DNA of 64,000 nucleotides from Polyangiales bacterium (GTDB lineage Bacteria; Myxococcota_A; Polyangia; Polyangiales; JBDIVX01): NCBI GenBank assembly GCA_039794305.1, contig JBDIVX010000011.1, positions 2,885 to 66,884 of the forward strand, read 5' to 3'. Shown piece by piece: positions 21,423 to 30,188 of this stretch (position 1 is its first letter; each line of letters starts with the position of its first letter). The notes under the pieces were generated by a model. It saw only the letters and a program-made list of their open reading frames with translations, ran no database searches and was not told where the DNA came from. The position numbers and the translations under genes were made by a program.

Positions 21423-22205
21423 TCACTCGGCCGGGAGCCGGAGCGTGTAGCTGATCGTGGCGTCGCCGCCGCTCGCGCCGCCCGCGACGCGCAGGCCGCG
21501 GGCCGCCCCGCGGACGCACTGTGCGAAGGCCTGGTTGCGGAAGCTGTTCTGCTCGGTGCGGATGGCGGTCACGCGGCCGCCCGGCTCCACGTCGAAGGCG
21601 AGGATGATCGTGCCCCGCTGGAGCGCGCCCCGGTCCACCATGCGGTCGTAGCAGCGCGAGATCCGCGGAGCGGCGGCGCGGATCGCGCGCCGGACCGCCT
21701 GCGCGTCGACCGTGCCCCGGCCGTCGACCTGCTCGCCCACCACGGCGTGCACGCTCCCCGCGAGCAGCACGTCGCGCTCGATGACGCGCGTCGCGGGGTT
21801 GCGCTCGGCGACGGCGCGCTCGGCGGCCGAGGGCTGCTCGGTGCGGACGACCACCCCCTCGGGCGGGGCGTCCGCGCGCGCCGCGGCGGACGGCTCGGTC
21901 CGGCACGCGATCGCTTCGCGCTCGAGCCGCACGGCCCGCTGGCGGAGCGACTCGATGGCCGCCAGGGCGTCGGCGTGCGCGCGGCTCCCGCTCGGGCTCC
22001 GGGCCATCTGCGCCCGCGCCTCGCGCATGAGCTCGACCGTACGGACCAGCTCGCGCTGCTTGTCCCGGACGCAGGCCCACTCGCGCTCCAGCCGATCGGC
22101 GACGGCCTGGGTCGCCGCGATGGCCTCGGGCGCGTCCTGGGCCGCGACCGAAGCCGCCGGCGAGCCCGCCGCGACGGTCAACGCTGCGAGCACGAGCGCG
22201 CGCAT
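21423..22205 (-). CDS. Exported protein with coiled coil and AgmX/PglI (TonB-C-like) C-terminal domain
   Basis: Signal peptide. 'ISRCYDRMV...LQRGTIILAFDVEPGGRV...FAQCVRG...TISYTLRL'. Confidence 0.75.
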   Translation of the reverse strand: MRALVLAALTVAAGSPAASVAAQDAPEAIAATQAVADRLEREWACVRDKQRELVRTVELMREARAQMARSPSGSRAHADALAAIESLRQRAVRLEREAIACRTEPSAAARADAPPEGVVVRTEQPSAAERAVAERNPATRVIERDVLLAGSVHAVVGEQVDGRGTVDAQAVRRAIRAAAPRISRCYDRMVDRGALQRGTIILAFDVEPGGRVTAIRTEQNSFRNQAFAQCVRGAARGLRVAGGASGGDATISYTLRLPAE

Positions 22206-22288
22206 GCGGTGAGACCCTACCACGACCGCTTGTGACGCATCCCGGCCTCCGGATGTTCAACGCCGCTCTCGCCGCCGTGCACCGGCGA

Positions 22289-22304
22289 TGGCATGGTCCG
22301 TGCT
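22289..22304 (+). promoter_or_regulatory. Sigma-54 (-24/-12) promoter
   Basis: TGGCATGGTCCGTGCT = TGGCA..GG-N10-GC, about 60 bp upstream of the ATG at 22366. Confidence 0.65.
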
Positions 22305-22365
22305 GAACGGCGCTGCGCGGTCCGGTAACGTGCCAGATCGAGCCACAGCTTCCCTCGAGCAAACC

Positions 22366-23193
22366 ATGATGAACCCCAAGTCCTCGATCCGTCGCAGCGT
22401 CCCCCTCCTGTGTCTCGTCGCTCTCGGCTGCGGGTCCAGCCACGACCGCGGGTCGGCTGGCGACGGCGGCTCGGTCGCCGACGCGTCGGCGAGACGCGAC
22501 GGGGGTGGGCGCGCCGACTCGGGCCCGGGGCCCGGCGTCGACGCGGGCGCGCGCTCCTGCGGCGGCTTCGCGGAGGAGGCCTGCGGCGACGACGAGTGGT
22601 GCGACTACCCCGACGGGAGCTACTGCGGCGGTGACGACTCGACGGGCATCTGCCGGCCTCGCCCGACCGGCTGCGACCTGCTCTACGACCCGGTGTGCGG
22701 CTGCGACGGGCGGACGTACGGCAACGAGTGCGCCGCGCAGTCCGCCGGGGTCGACGTGGCGTCGCGCGGAGAGTGCGAGGGCCCGGGAGGGCCGATCTGC
22801 ACGAACGACGCGCCGTGCGCCTCGGGCATCTGCGTGGGCGCGACCTGCGGCGAGGTGTGGCGTTGCATCGACTCGACGCGGCCGTGCACCGACGACTCGG
22901 CGCCCCACTGCGGCTGCGACGGCGAGACCTTCTACGACAGCAGCACCTGCCAGCGGCAGCCCTTCATGTTCGCGGGCGCGTGCGAGGACGGCGTGGGCTG
23001 CGACGGCCGCTCCGTCCTGTGCGACGCCTTGCCGCCGGCGTGCCCGAGCGGGCAGGTGCCCTCGGTCGAGGGCGCCTGCTGGGGCCCATGCGTCGACGTC
23101 GGCTACTGCCGCTGCGAGACGCGCGACGAGTGCCCGGGCGACTACGTGTGCCACGGCGCCACCGACCGGTGCGGCCCGCCCGTCGGCGGGTGA
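22366..23193 (+). CDS. Cys-rich lipoprotein with Kazal-type domain(s)
   Basis: Lipobox 'VALGC', 'CDLLYDPVCGCDGRTYGNEC...RGEC', second degenerate repeat 'PHCGCDGETF'. Confidence 0.8.
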   Translation: MMNPKSSIRRSVPLLCLVALGCGSSHDRGSAGDGGSVADASARRDGGGRADSGPGPGVDAGARSCGGFAEEACGDDEWCDYPDGSYCGGDDSTGICRPRPTGCDLLYDPVCGCDGRTYGNECAAQSAGVDVASRGECEGPGGPICTNDAPCASGICVGATCGEVWRCIDSTRPCTDDSAPHCGCDGETFYDSSTCQRQPFMFAGACEDGVGCDGRSVLCDALPPACPSGQVPSVEGACWGPCVDVGYCRCETRDECPGDYVCHGATDRCGPPVGG

Positions 23194-23242
23194 GCCCGCG
23201 GGGCCTCCGGACGAAATGCTCGACCGCCGCTCCTTCCCCCGG

Positions 23243-23812
23243 TCACAGCAGCTCGGACGTCAGCACCCAGCGCAGGGCGAGGCCGGCGGTGAGCTCCCAT
23301 TGATCCTGGTCGCGCGGGTCCAGATCGTCGCGGTGGTAGCGGACGCGGGCGAAGGGGATCAGCTTCGGGACCGGCACGGCGAACCAGTAGCCCTCGTTCC
23401 GTTCCGTCGCGCCCCGGTAGTGGCCGAGCCAGATCACGAGGCCCGCGCTCCCGCCGACATAGAAGGCGGCGCTCGGCGCGAAGGTCGCGTCGCGGATCGG
23501 TCCGCCGCCCTCGATCGAGAGCTCGGTACCGAAGGCCCAGAACCAGTGGCCGGGCTCGTACTGGTAGCCGAGCCGTGCGCCGAGGAGCCACCGCGACCCC
23601 TCCTTCGCGACGGCGCTCCCGTCGAGCACGAACGACGCGACCAGGCGGTGGCGCTGGAGGGGGACCGCCCCGACCAGCGCGACGTGGCTCCCGCCCGCGA
23701 ACCGGACGGGGCTGTCCGTCCGCACGCCGCCAGACGCGCCGAGCTCGGCCCCGCAGCCGAGCGCGCACGCCGCGAGGAGGGCGGCGAGGGCCGCGCGCCA
23801 CCGGCGGATCAC
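23243..23812 (-). CDS. Small beta-strand-rich (probable outer-membrane beta-barrel) lipoprotein
   Basis: GTG start overlapping the ceramidase stop, lipobox 'ALGC', amphipathic strands ending 'WELTAGLALRWVLTSELL'. Confidence 0.65.
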   Translation of the reverse strand: MIRRWRAALAALLAACALGCGAELGASGGVRTDSPVRFAGGSHVALVGAVPLQRHRLVASFVLDGSAVAKEGSRWLLGARLGYQYEPGHWFWAFGTELSIEGGGPIRDATFAPSAAFYVGGSAGLVIWLGHYRGATERNEGYWFAVPVPKLIPFARVRYHRDDLDPRDQDQWELTAGLALRWVLTSELL

Positions 23813-26154
23813 CGGCGCCCCCGAGAGGCAGAGCACCGCTCCTGCGACGCGACGAACGGCTCGGACCGCAGCTCGGTGCTGGAAACGACGCGGAACTGGT
23901 AGCGCCGGCACCACTCTTCGGCGTCGCGGCCGAAGTCGGGGAACCACCGCGCCTTCCACCGCGTACCGCCGTTGCGGTCGTCCCACTCGTAGCGCACCTC
24001 CGTGTTCACGCCGCGGTCGTCGTCCACCGGATCGCCGCCGCACGTGTCGTCGTCGCAGCGGAGCACGCTCACACGGAGGTTCTCCGGGTTGCGGAGGAAC
24101 CCGGGCTCCTCGCCCAACCATGCGATCTCCCAACCCTCGTGCCCGTGCTCGCGGATGGGCTCGAGCCGTACCCGCACGTTGAAGTCCTGGTCTCGGGCAT
24201 CGAACGGCGGCGGCATGCGCGACACCTCGGGGCTGCCGCCGTACCTGATCTGCGTGACGGCGTCGACCCGGGGCTGGTCGGAGAAGCATGGCGCTGGGTG
24301 ACCCTCCGCTCGGACGTACCGCGCGAGGCACGCGAGCTGGTTCGAGAAGAAGCGCGACGACCACCGGCCGTACAGCGTCGATGCGCCCTCGTACTGTTGC
24401 AGCTCGTACTCCTCCTCGGTCGTGACGTATTGGAGGTACGCGTTGGTGAGCCCCGTCAGCGCGACGTGGTCGACCCCGGGGCCGTCGTCGAGCAGCTCGT
24501 CACGCACCGCGCGCAGGGCCCGATCGCCGGCCACCGTCGTCATCTCCGCCGGCACGGACGCGACGACGAGGCCCCCGAGGCGGAAGATCGAGATCGGGAC
24601 TCGCGCCGGGAAGTCCGCTCCCGAGGCGTCGGCCCGCCCACCCGGGGGGACGAGAGTCAGCTTGCGCCCGTGGCAGCCGCAGGCCTGCTCGGTGGAGCAG
24701 CGACTCTCGGCCGTCGCGCCCTCGTTGAAGGCAGAGATGATGCGGAAAGCCGTCGGACCGTCCTCGGCGCCGCCTGCCGCCGCCGCTCCGAGCTCCGGCC
24801 TCCTGCAGAGGCGGCCTTCCTCTCCGGCGCGCCGGTTCGGCAGCTCGAGCTCCCGGTAGGCCACCCGGAGCCTCTCGCCCTCGACCGCGCCTTCGGGCGC
24901 GCCGGCGAGCTCGCTCGCGATCTCGGCCGCGAGGCTGAACCCGATGCGGCGCGCCTCCCAGTGCGACTGCTCCCGCCACGCCGGGGAGACATCGCCCTCG
25001 ATGCCGTTGGCGATGCCGATCACGGGTGCGGTCGAGCGGCCCGTGTCGCCGCCGGACTCGAGCCGTTCCGCGACCGCACGCCGCGCGTAGCCGAACACGT
25101 CGCCGTGGTAGACGTCGCTCGTGTTCGGCGCCGCGGTCTGGTGCATGCCGAAGACGGCGAACACGCCGAGACGCTCACCCTGTTCGGTGTGGAAGTCGAA
25201 CACCGTCAGCGTCGGATCGACGGCATCGCCCGGATGCTCGGGGTCGGCCGTCATGCACGCCATGGCACGGGCCCGTGCCGAGTCGGCGGCACCGGAGCCG
25301 GAAGCGCCGGCACCCCCGTCGGGTGGTGCTCCGGCGTCGGGCACGACGGCTCCGGAGTCGGTGTCCGCGCCGGGCTGCGTTCCGGCGTCGGGCGCGGCGG
25401 CCGTGACCTCGCCCTCGGCCGGAAGACCGGCGTTCTCCGGCACCGCCGACGCGGGGGCCGGCTCGGCCGCCGACCTCCCCGGCTCGACCTCGACCGCAGT
25501 CCGGAGCCCGACGTCCTGTACCTGCGCGAGACGGTCGGAGAGGTTCTCGTTCGCGAGGAACGCGTCGAAGCTGCGGTTGCGCGTCAGCCCGTTCACGCAG
25601 CTCCGGTGCCAGGTGATCTTCGCCGGAGCGCGGGCGCGCCAGGCGTCGCCGATGGCGGCGGCGATGCGGTGAGCGAGCCACTCCTTCACCTCGGCGTCGT
25701 AGCCGTGCGCGCGAGAGCTGAACGCGCCGCTGTACGAGCCGGAGCCGAAGTAGTGGGCGGGGCCGGCGTGCGTGTGCGTCGCCATCAGCAGCAGGCGGTT
25801 CGCGCCGATGGGGACGCGATCCTCGGCCAGCTTCGCGGCGACGGTACGCTGCAAGAGCATCGACACCGCGGCGAGGTCACATGGCACGAGCGCGACGACC
25901 TCGCTGCCCTGCGTGATCACGAAGACCTGACACTCGAGCCGCGTGCGCCACCCGACCGATATACGCCCCTCCGGACCGTGCCCGAACAGCGACAGCCCCG
26001 GCGGCGGAGTGATGTCCACCGTGGCGACGCCGACGCGGAAGACGTCGTCGTCGGGGGGATCGAAGGGAGCCACGTCGGGCCGCGGCAGCGTCGGCAGGCT
26101 GCTGCACGCCAGGACGCACGTCGCGATGAGGAGGAGTGTGGTTCGTGTCGTCAT
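23809..26154 (-). CDS. Neutral/alkaline non-lysosomal ceramidase family lipoprotein
   Basis: 'VGVATVDITPP', 'ATHTHAGP', 'RNRS', 'NGIEGDVSP', 'VPAEMTTVAG', 'NAYLQYVTTEEEY..QQYEGASTLYG'. Lipobox 'VLAC'. Confidence 0.9.
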   Translation of the reverse strand: MTTRTTLLLIATCVLACSSLPTLPRPDVAPFDPPDDDVFRVGVATVDITPPPGLSLFGHGPEGRISVGWRTRLECQVFVITQGSEVVALVPCDLAAVSMLLQRTVAAKLAEDRVPIGANRLLLMATHTHAGPAHYFGSGSYSGAFSSRAHGYDAEVKEWLAHRIAAAIGDAWRARAPAKITWHRSCVNGLTRNRSFDAFLANENLSDRLAQVQDVGLRTAVEVEPGRSAAEPAPASAVPENAGLPAEGEVTAAAPDAGTQPGADTDSGAVVPDAGAPPDGGAGASGSGAADSARARAMACMTADPEHPGDAVDPTLTVFDFHTEQGERLGVFAVFGMHQTAAPNTSDVYHGDVFGYARRAVAERLESGGDTGRSTAPVIGIANGIEGDVSPAWREQSHWEARRIGFSLAAEIASELAGAPEGAVEGERLRVAYRELELPNRRAGEEGRLCRRPELGAAAAGGAEDGPTAFRIISAFNEGATAESRCSTEQACGCHGRKLTLVPPGGRADASGADFPARVPISIFRLGGLVVASVPAEMTTVAGDRALRAVRDELLDDGPGVDHVALTGLTNAYLQYVTTEEEYELQQYEGASTLYGRWSSRFFSNQLACLARYVRAEGHPAPCFSDQPRVDAVTQIRYGGSPEVSRMPPPFDARDQDFNVRVRLEPIREHGHEGWEIAWLGEEPGFLRNPENLRVSVLRCDDDTCGGDPVDDDRGVNTEVRYEWDDRNGGTRWKARWFPDFGRDAEEWCRRYQFRVVSSTELRSEPFVASQERCSASRGRR

Positions 26155-26714
26155 CGACGGTTCAGTATGAGATCGGTCTCGACGGCGAAGCGGAGGCCGA
26201 GCCCGAGCCGCCACCCGAAGATGGGCGAGTGGTCCGGCTCGAGCCGCGACGGCAACCACACGCCCGCCTGGCCCTCGAGCACGATGTCGAAGCCCAGCAG
26301 CAGTACCGCGAAGCTCGGCTCCGCCTCCTCGAGCTTCGTGAGGCGGAACGTCAGCGCGCCGTTGGTGCCCAAGAAGTACGCAGCGTGCTCGAGCTCCGGC
26401 TCCCCGAGCGGTCCACCGTAGGCGGTCACGAGGGCGATCTCGGCGCCCAGCCACGGGATACCGAGCGTGTTCCGGCGCGCGTCGTAGCCGGCCATCACGC
26501 CGCCGCTCTTGAGTCGTACGCCGTTCGGATCTCCGCCCAGGCCGGTCGCCACCTCGACTCCCATGAACGGCCCCGGGTTTCTCGGCGCGCGCATCCGCGC
26601 CTGGACCACGACGCCGCTCCGCACACGCTCGCGGTGCGTCACGAAGCCGGTGGCCTGCGCAGCGCAGCCGCACGTGAGGATCAGAGCAGCCGTGATGGCG
26701 AGACGGATCGTCAT
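26151..26714 (-). CDS. Small beta-strand-rich (probable outer-membrane beta-barrel) lipoprotein, paralogue of 23243-23812
   Basis: ATGA overlaps on both sides, lipobox 'TCGC', 'AGYD', 'GGP', 'AAYFLG', C-terminus 'WRLGLGLRFAVETDLI'. Confidence 0.65.
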   Translation of the reverse strand: MTIRLAITAALILTCGCAAQATGFVTHRERVRSGVVVQARMRAPRNPGPFMGVEVATGLGGDPNGVRLKSGGVMAGYDARRNTLGIPWLGAEIALVTAYGGPLGEPELEHAAYFLGTNGALTFRLTKLEEAEPSFAVLLLGFDIVLEGQAGVWLPSRLEPDHSPIFGWRLGLGLRFAVETDLILNRR

Positions 26715-28507
26715 GGTGAGAATCGCCGCGTGGTGAGGCCCACGTCGAACCGGAAGCCGACCGCGTGCTCTGCGTTGGGGACCCAGCTGTAGTCGAGCGA
26801 CAAATCCACGAAGTACTGCGAGGAGTGCATCTCGCTGAACTCCTGACCGAAGAGCACGGTGAACAGCGGGAACACGAAGCGGTAGCGGTCCTTCGAGCCG
26901 CTGTCGGTCTCTCGGTAGTCGGGGTACCAGACGAACGAGTAGCGGCGGAACAGCGTCGGCTGCAGCCGCGCGCCCGCGAAGATCGTGCGCGGCCGCTGCC
27001 ATCCGCCCGGTCCCCCGCCGAGGGCCGTCATGGCCGGCCCGTGGAGCGCATCGGCCAGGCCGTCCGCGGCCAGGTAGACGAGCCCGTCGGCGGGCAGGTA
27101 TGCCCACGGGACGTGCGCGTGGACGCCGAGGCCGATCGAGCGGCCGCTGCCGTACCCGACCTCGGCCTCGAGCAAGCCCTCCACGCTCACGAAGGAGTCC
27201 ATGGCGGACGAGGTGACACCCTCGGCGGCGATGCCGCCGCCCAGGCGCGCCTGCACCATGCCTCCCCACCGGTCGTCTCGGGACACGGCGGGATCGCTCC
27301 GGAGATCGAACGGCTCGCCGCCGCCCCCACCGGCAACCGTGATCGAGAGGAAGGCGCCGAGCTGGGTGGCGAACCGCGGAGGAAGCGGCCGTGATGGCCG
27401 CGGTCGGATCATCTGACGGGTCACGTCCTCGACCAGCGACCAGTCCGCAGCGGAGGTGAGGCCGCGTGGGGAGGGCCCTGCGGCGCACGCATCGAATCCC
27501 GCGCGACCTCCGTGGACCGGCATCCCGCTCGCGATCCCGTCACGCACCGCTCCGATCACCTGCCCGAGGCTCACCCGCACCGCAGCGGCGACCCGCGCGC
27601 GGTCGACCTCCGTCAGGTGTGCGTCGCCGTGTGCGTGGTAGCTGTCGCCTCCGCCCCAGGGCGTCACCTCGAGCCCATGGCGGCAGTAGTAATCGTGCGT
27701 GCCCATGCGCTCGTTGTCCGAGCCGTAGCTTCCGACGACGTGCCCCGCCGAGAACGCGTCCTCCAGGAAGTGGAGCGCGAACGCCTCGGTCAACAGCATG
27801 CCCCACAAGGCGGCGGCCTGCGGCTCGAGGCACTGGCGCTCACCCGACGGGCAGACCCGGTGCACCTGCTGCGCACGGGAGAGCGCGGCGAGGTGGTAGT
27901 TCAGGTAGAGCGCCATCCCGTTGACCTCGTCGGCCACGACACGCCGCACGTACTCCGACAGCTCCTCGCCGAGTCGGCGCGGGAGCTGGAAGTGCGCGTT
28001 GCTGCCGGCCGCACGGCTGCGGTAGCCCGCGTCCACCGAGCGCATCTCGAGGTGGTGGACGTGCCACTCGTCCAGGCGTTCCCCGGACCCCACGCCCTCG
28101 GCGAGGGCTTGCTCCATTCGCTCCGCCTCGGCCAGCACGTCGTCGACCCACGGCACCTCGAGGACCCTGCCGAGCTCGTCCGGCGTGCACGAGTGGTCAC
28201 CCGCGAGCGCCGGCAGCGGCCCGAACCCGATCTGTCGCCGCATGCACCGGGGGCCTGCGTCACAAGTATCGGGCACGGCCGAGTCGGTCGCGCCGACGTC
28301 GCTGGCGAGCGGCAGCTCCGGCATGGCGCCTCGCACGACCCTCCAGATCGAGTCCAGCGTCCGGCGCTCGGCGTCCGGGAGCGTGCGAGCTCCTTCGACC
28401 GTGACGGCCGCGTGCTCGTGGAACAACCAGGCGCGGCACGGAGCAGCCCAAGCACAGACGAAGGCCACGCCGATCGCGACATCCCATGCGAACCTCACGC
28501 CACCCAT
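26711..28507 (-). CDS. Secreted Zn-metallo-phospholipase C-like protein with beta-strand-rich C-terminal domain
   Basis: Signal peptide ending 'CRA|WLFHEH', 'LAGDH', 'FALHFLEDAFSAGH', 'THDYY'. The C-terminal ~200 aa are alternating Gly/aromatic strands. Confidence 0.75.
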   Translation of the reverse strand: MGGVRFAWDVAIGVAFVCAWAAPCRAWLFHEHAAVTVEGARTLPDAERRTLDSIWRVVRGAMPELPLASDVGATDSAVPDTCDAGPRCMRRQIGFGPLPALAGDHSCTPDELGRVLEVPWVDDVLAEAERMEQALAEGVGSGERLDEWHVHHLEMRSVDAGYRSRAAGSNAHFQLPRRLGEELSEYVRRVVADEVNGMALYLNYHLAALSRAQQVHRVCPSGERQCLEPQAAALWGMLLTEAFALHFLEDAFSAGHVVGSYGSDNERMGTHDYYCRHGLEVTPWGGGDSYHAHGDAHLTEVDRARVAAAVRVSLGQVIGAVRDGIASGMPVHGGRAGFDACAAGPSPRGLTSAADWSLVEDVTRQMIRPRPSRPLPPRFATQLGAFLSITVAGGGGGEPFDLRSDPAVSRDDRWGGMVQARLGGGIAAEGVTSSAMDSFVSVEGLLEAEVGYGSGRSIGLGVHAHVPWAYLPADGLVYLAADGLADALHGPAMTALGGGPGGWQRPRTIFAGARLQPTLFRRYSFVWYPDYRETDSGSKDRYRFVFPLFTVLFGQEFSEMHSSQYFVDLSLDYSWVPNAEHAVGFRFDVGLTTRRFSP

Positions 28508-28621
28508 CCCCTCTCGCGAGTGATCCTACCCAGGGGCTCGGATGCCTGTCACATTAGCGACGCACCCACCCCTACAGGTGATGATCGGCCGTTCAGGCTC
28601 GATCGATGGGAAGTCGCCGCG

Positions 28622-29365
28622 TCAGTCCCCGCGCAGCACCGCTGCGACGGAGGAGGAGGGCGGCCCGGCCACCACCTCGTCGACGTTGGCCGTCGTCGTC
28701 AGCTCGAAGACCTCGAAGTTGACTGTCACGTCGTCCTGCGTGCCGCCGTAGACACCGCCCATGGTGACGACGTGACCGGTGGCCTGGTTCCTCACCTCGC
28801 CGTAGATCCGGTCGCCCTCGAGGAAGACGAGCACGAGGAACGTGCCGTCGCCGGCGTGCCACTGGAGGTCCTGCCGGTCGACGAGCACGTTCCGCTCTGG
28901 CTCGACGGAGACGAGCGTCGCCTCTCCCTCGTTGCCCACCAGGTTCAGCGAGACGCCGTGCATCAGCCCGCGGAGCCCGAAGTGCAGCTCGTTCACCTCG
29001 GTGCCGGCGCTCCGGCCGAGCCGCACGGTCGCGCACGCGGCGACGTTGCGGAAGGCGCTCCTCGACTGGAGCAACGCGAAGTCCTGCGGGGCGGGCAGCT
29101 CGGCGGTGCCACCTCCGATGTTCACGATCCCGTCGCGCACCGAGAACTCGCTTCCGGGGTCGAAGGTCTCGTCGAGGAGCACGGACCCGAGCACGCCCGC
29201 GCACGATTCGAAGCACTCGAGGACCGGCGCGCACGCTCCGCCTCCCGAGTCGCGTCCGCCCCCGTCGGCCCCGCCGCCGCCATCGGGCCGCGGCCCGAGC
29301 CGAAACTCGTCGAACCCGGGCACGCACCCCCAGGCGAGCACCACCACGCAAAGCCAAGCCCGCAC
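28622..29365 (-). CDS. Hypothetical lipoprotein, beta-sandwich-like
   Basis: Lipobox 'LAWGC', DGG linker, beta-rich body. Confidence 0.6.
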   Translation of the reverse strand: MRAWLCVVVLAWGCVPGFDEFRLGPRPDGGGGADGGGRDSGGGACAPVLECFESCAGVLGSVLLDETFDPGSEFSVRDGIVNIGGGTAELPAPQDFALLQSRSAFRNVAACATVRLGRSAGTEVNELHFGLRGLMHGVSLNLVGNEGEATLVSVEPERNVLVDRQDLQWHAGDGTFLVLVFLEGDRIYGEVRNQATGHVVTMGGVYGGTQDDVTVNFEVFELTTTANVDEVVAGPPSSSVAAVLRGD

Positions 29366-29426
29366 GCCCCGAGCAAAGCAAGCGCGCCCTCTCCGCGCAA
29401 GCGAAACGCATTGCGGCCACGGGACG

Positions 29427-30188
29427 ATGCGTTATAGGCAACCCACCGTGCCGCCGCTCGCAGCCCATCCGTACCGCGATACGCCGGAGCGAGCCCGCCT
29501 GCACCGGCGGGCCCTGTGCCGGGTCGAGCGCCGCGCCGTCGTCCTGTGCCATCGTCCGGCCCCACACGGCGCGGGGCCCACCTCGCGCGTCCCCGAGGCC
29601 CCCGACCCCTGGGCCGTGGAGCCGGGCGCCCACGCGCACACGCCCGCGATCGTGGAGTGCTTCACGTGCCGGGGCGGAGGTCGGGTCCGGTGCTTCGGCT
29701 GCCGCGGCACGGGCTCCCTCACTTGTGGCGAGTGCGACGGGCAAGGCCGGCGGTTCACCGCGATCGGCTGGCGCCCGTGCACCGTGTGCGCACGGCGAGG
29801 CCGGACCGAGTGCCGGAGCTGCACCGCGGGACGGCGGCCGTGCCCCACCTGCGACGGCCACGGGCGGCTCCGCGTCCACTGGGAGGTGAGGGTCGGCGAG
29901 ATCGCCCTGCTCGTCACCGGCGACCCGAAGCCGAACGCCGCCTGCCTACCCGATCCTGCCGATTTCGATGCGGCGGGGGGCCGATGGCCGGGCATGCTCT
30001 GTTGCGACACGGGCATGCAACGGGGCCTCCTCCCGCCGCCCGGCCTCTTGCCCGACCTCGACCCGGTGACCGATCGCGTGACCGCCGCCAGGGTCCAGAC
30101 GTTCGTGGTGGATCAACGCGGCGGCTCCTCGCGCCGGGAGAAGACGTCCAGCATCCGCTCCCGGTCCTCCGGCCGCGCGAACACGTAG
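29427..30188 (+). CDS. Protein with tandem CxxCxGxG (DnaJ-type) zinc-finger repeats, no J domain
   Basis: CFTCRGGG, CFGCRGTG, CGECDGQG, CTVCARRG, CRSC, CPTCDGHG. Start may be GTG 29448. The 3' end overlaps cvrA by 76 bp. Confidence 0.6.
   Translation: MRYRQPTVPPLAAHPYRDTPERARLHRRALCRVERRAVVLCHRPAPHGAGPTSRVPEAPDPWAVEPGAHAHTPAIVECFTCRGGGRVRCFGCRGTGSLTCGECDGQGRRFTAIGWRPCTVCARRGRTECRSCTAGRRPCPTCDGHGRLRVHWEVRVGEIALLVTGDPKPNAACLPDPADFDAAGGRWPGMLCCDTGMQRGLLPPPGLLPDLDPVTDRVTAARVQTFVVDQRGGSSRREKTSSIRSRSSGRANT

Noticed and set aside
20062-23154. 1030-aa fusion ORF ending in BioA
   Set aside because: The upstream part is stop-free by chance and overlaps two real genes. BioA starts at 21381.
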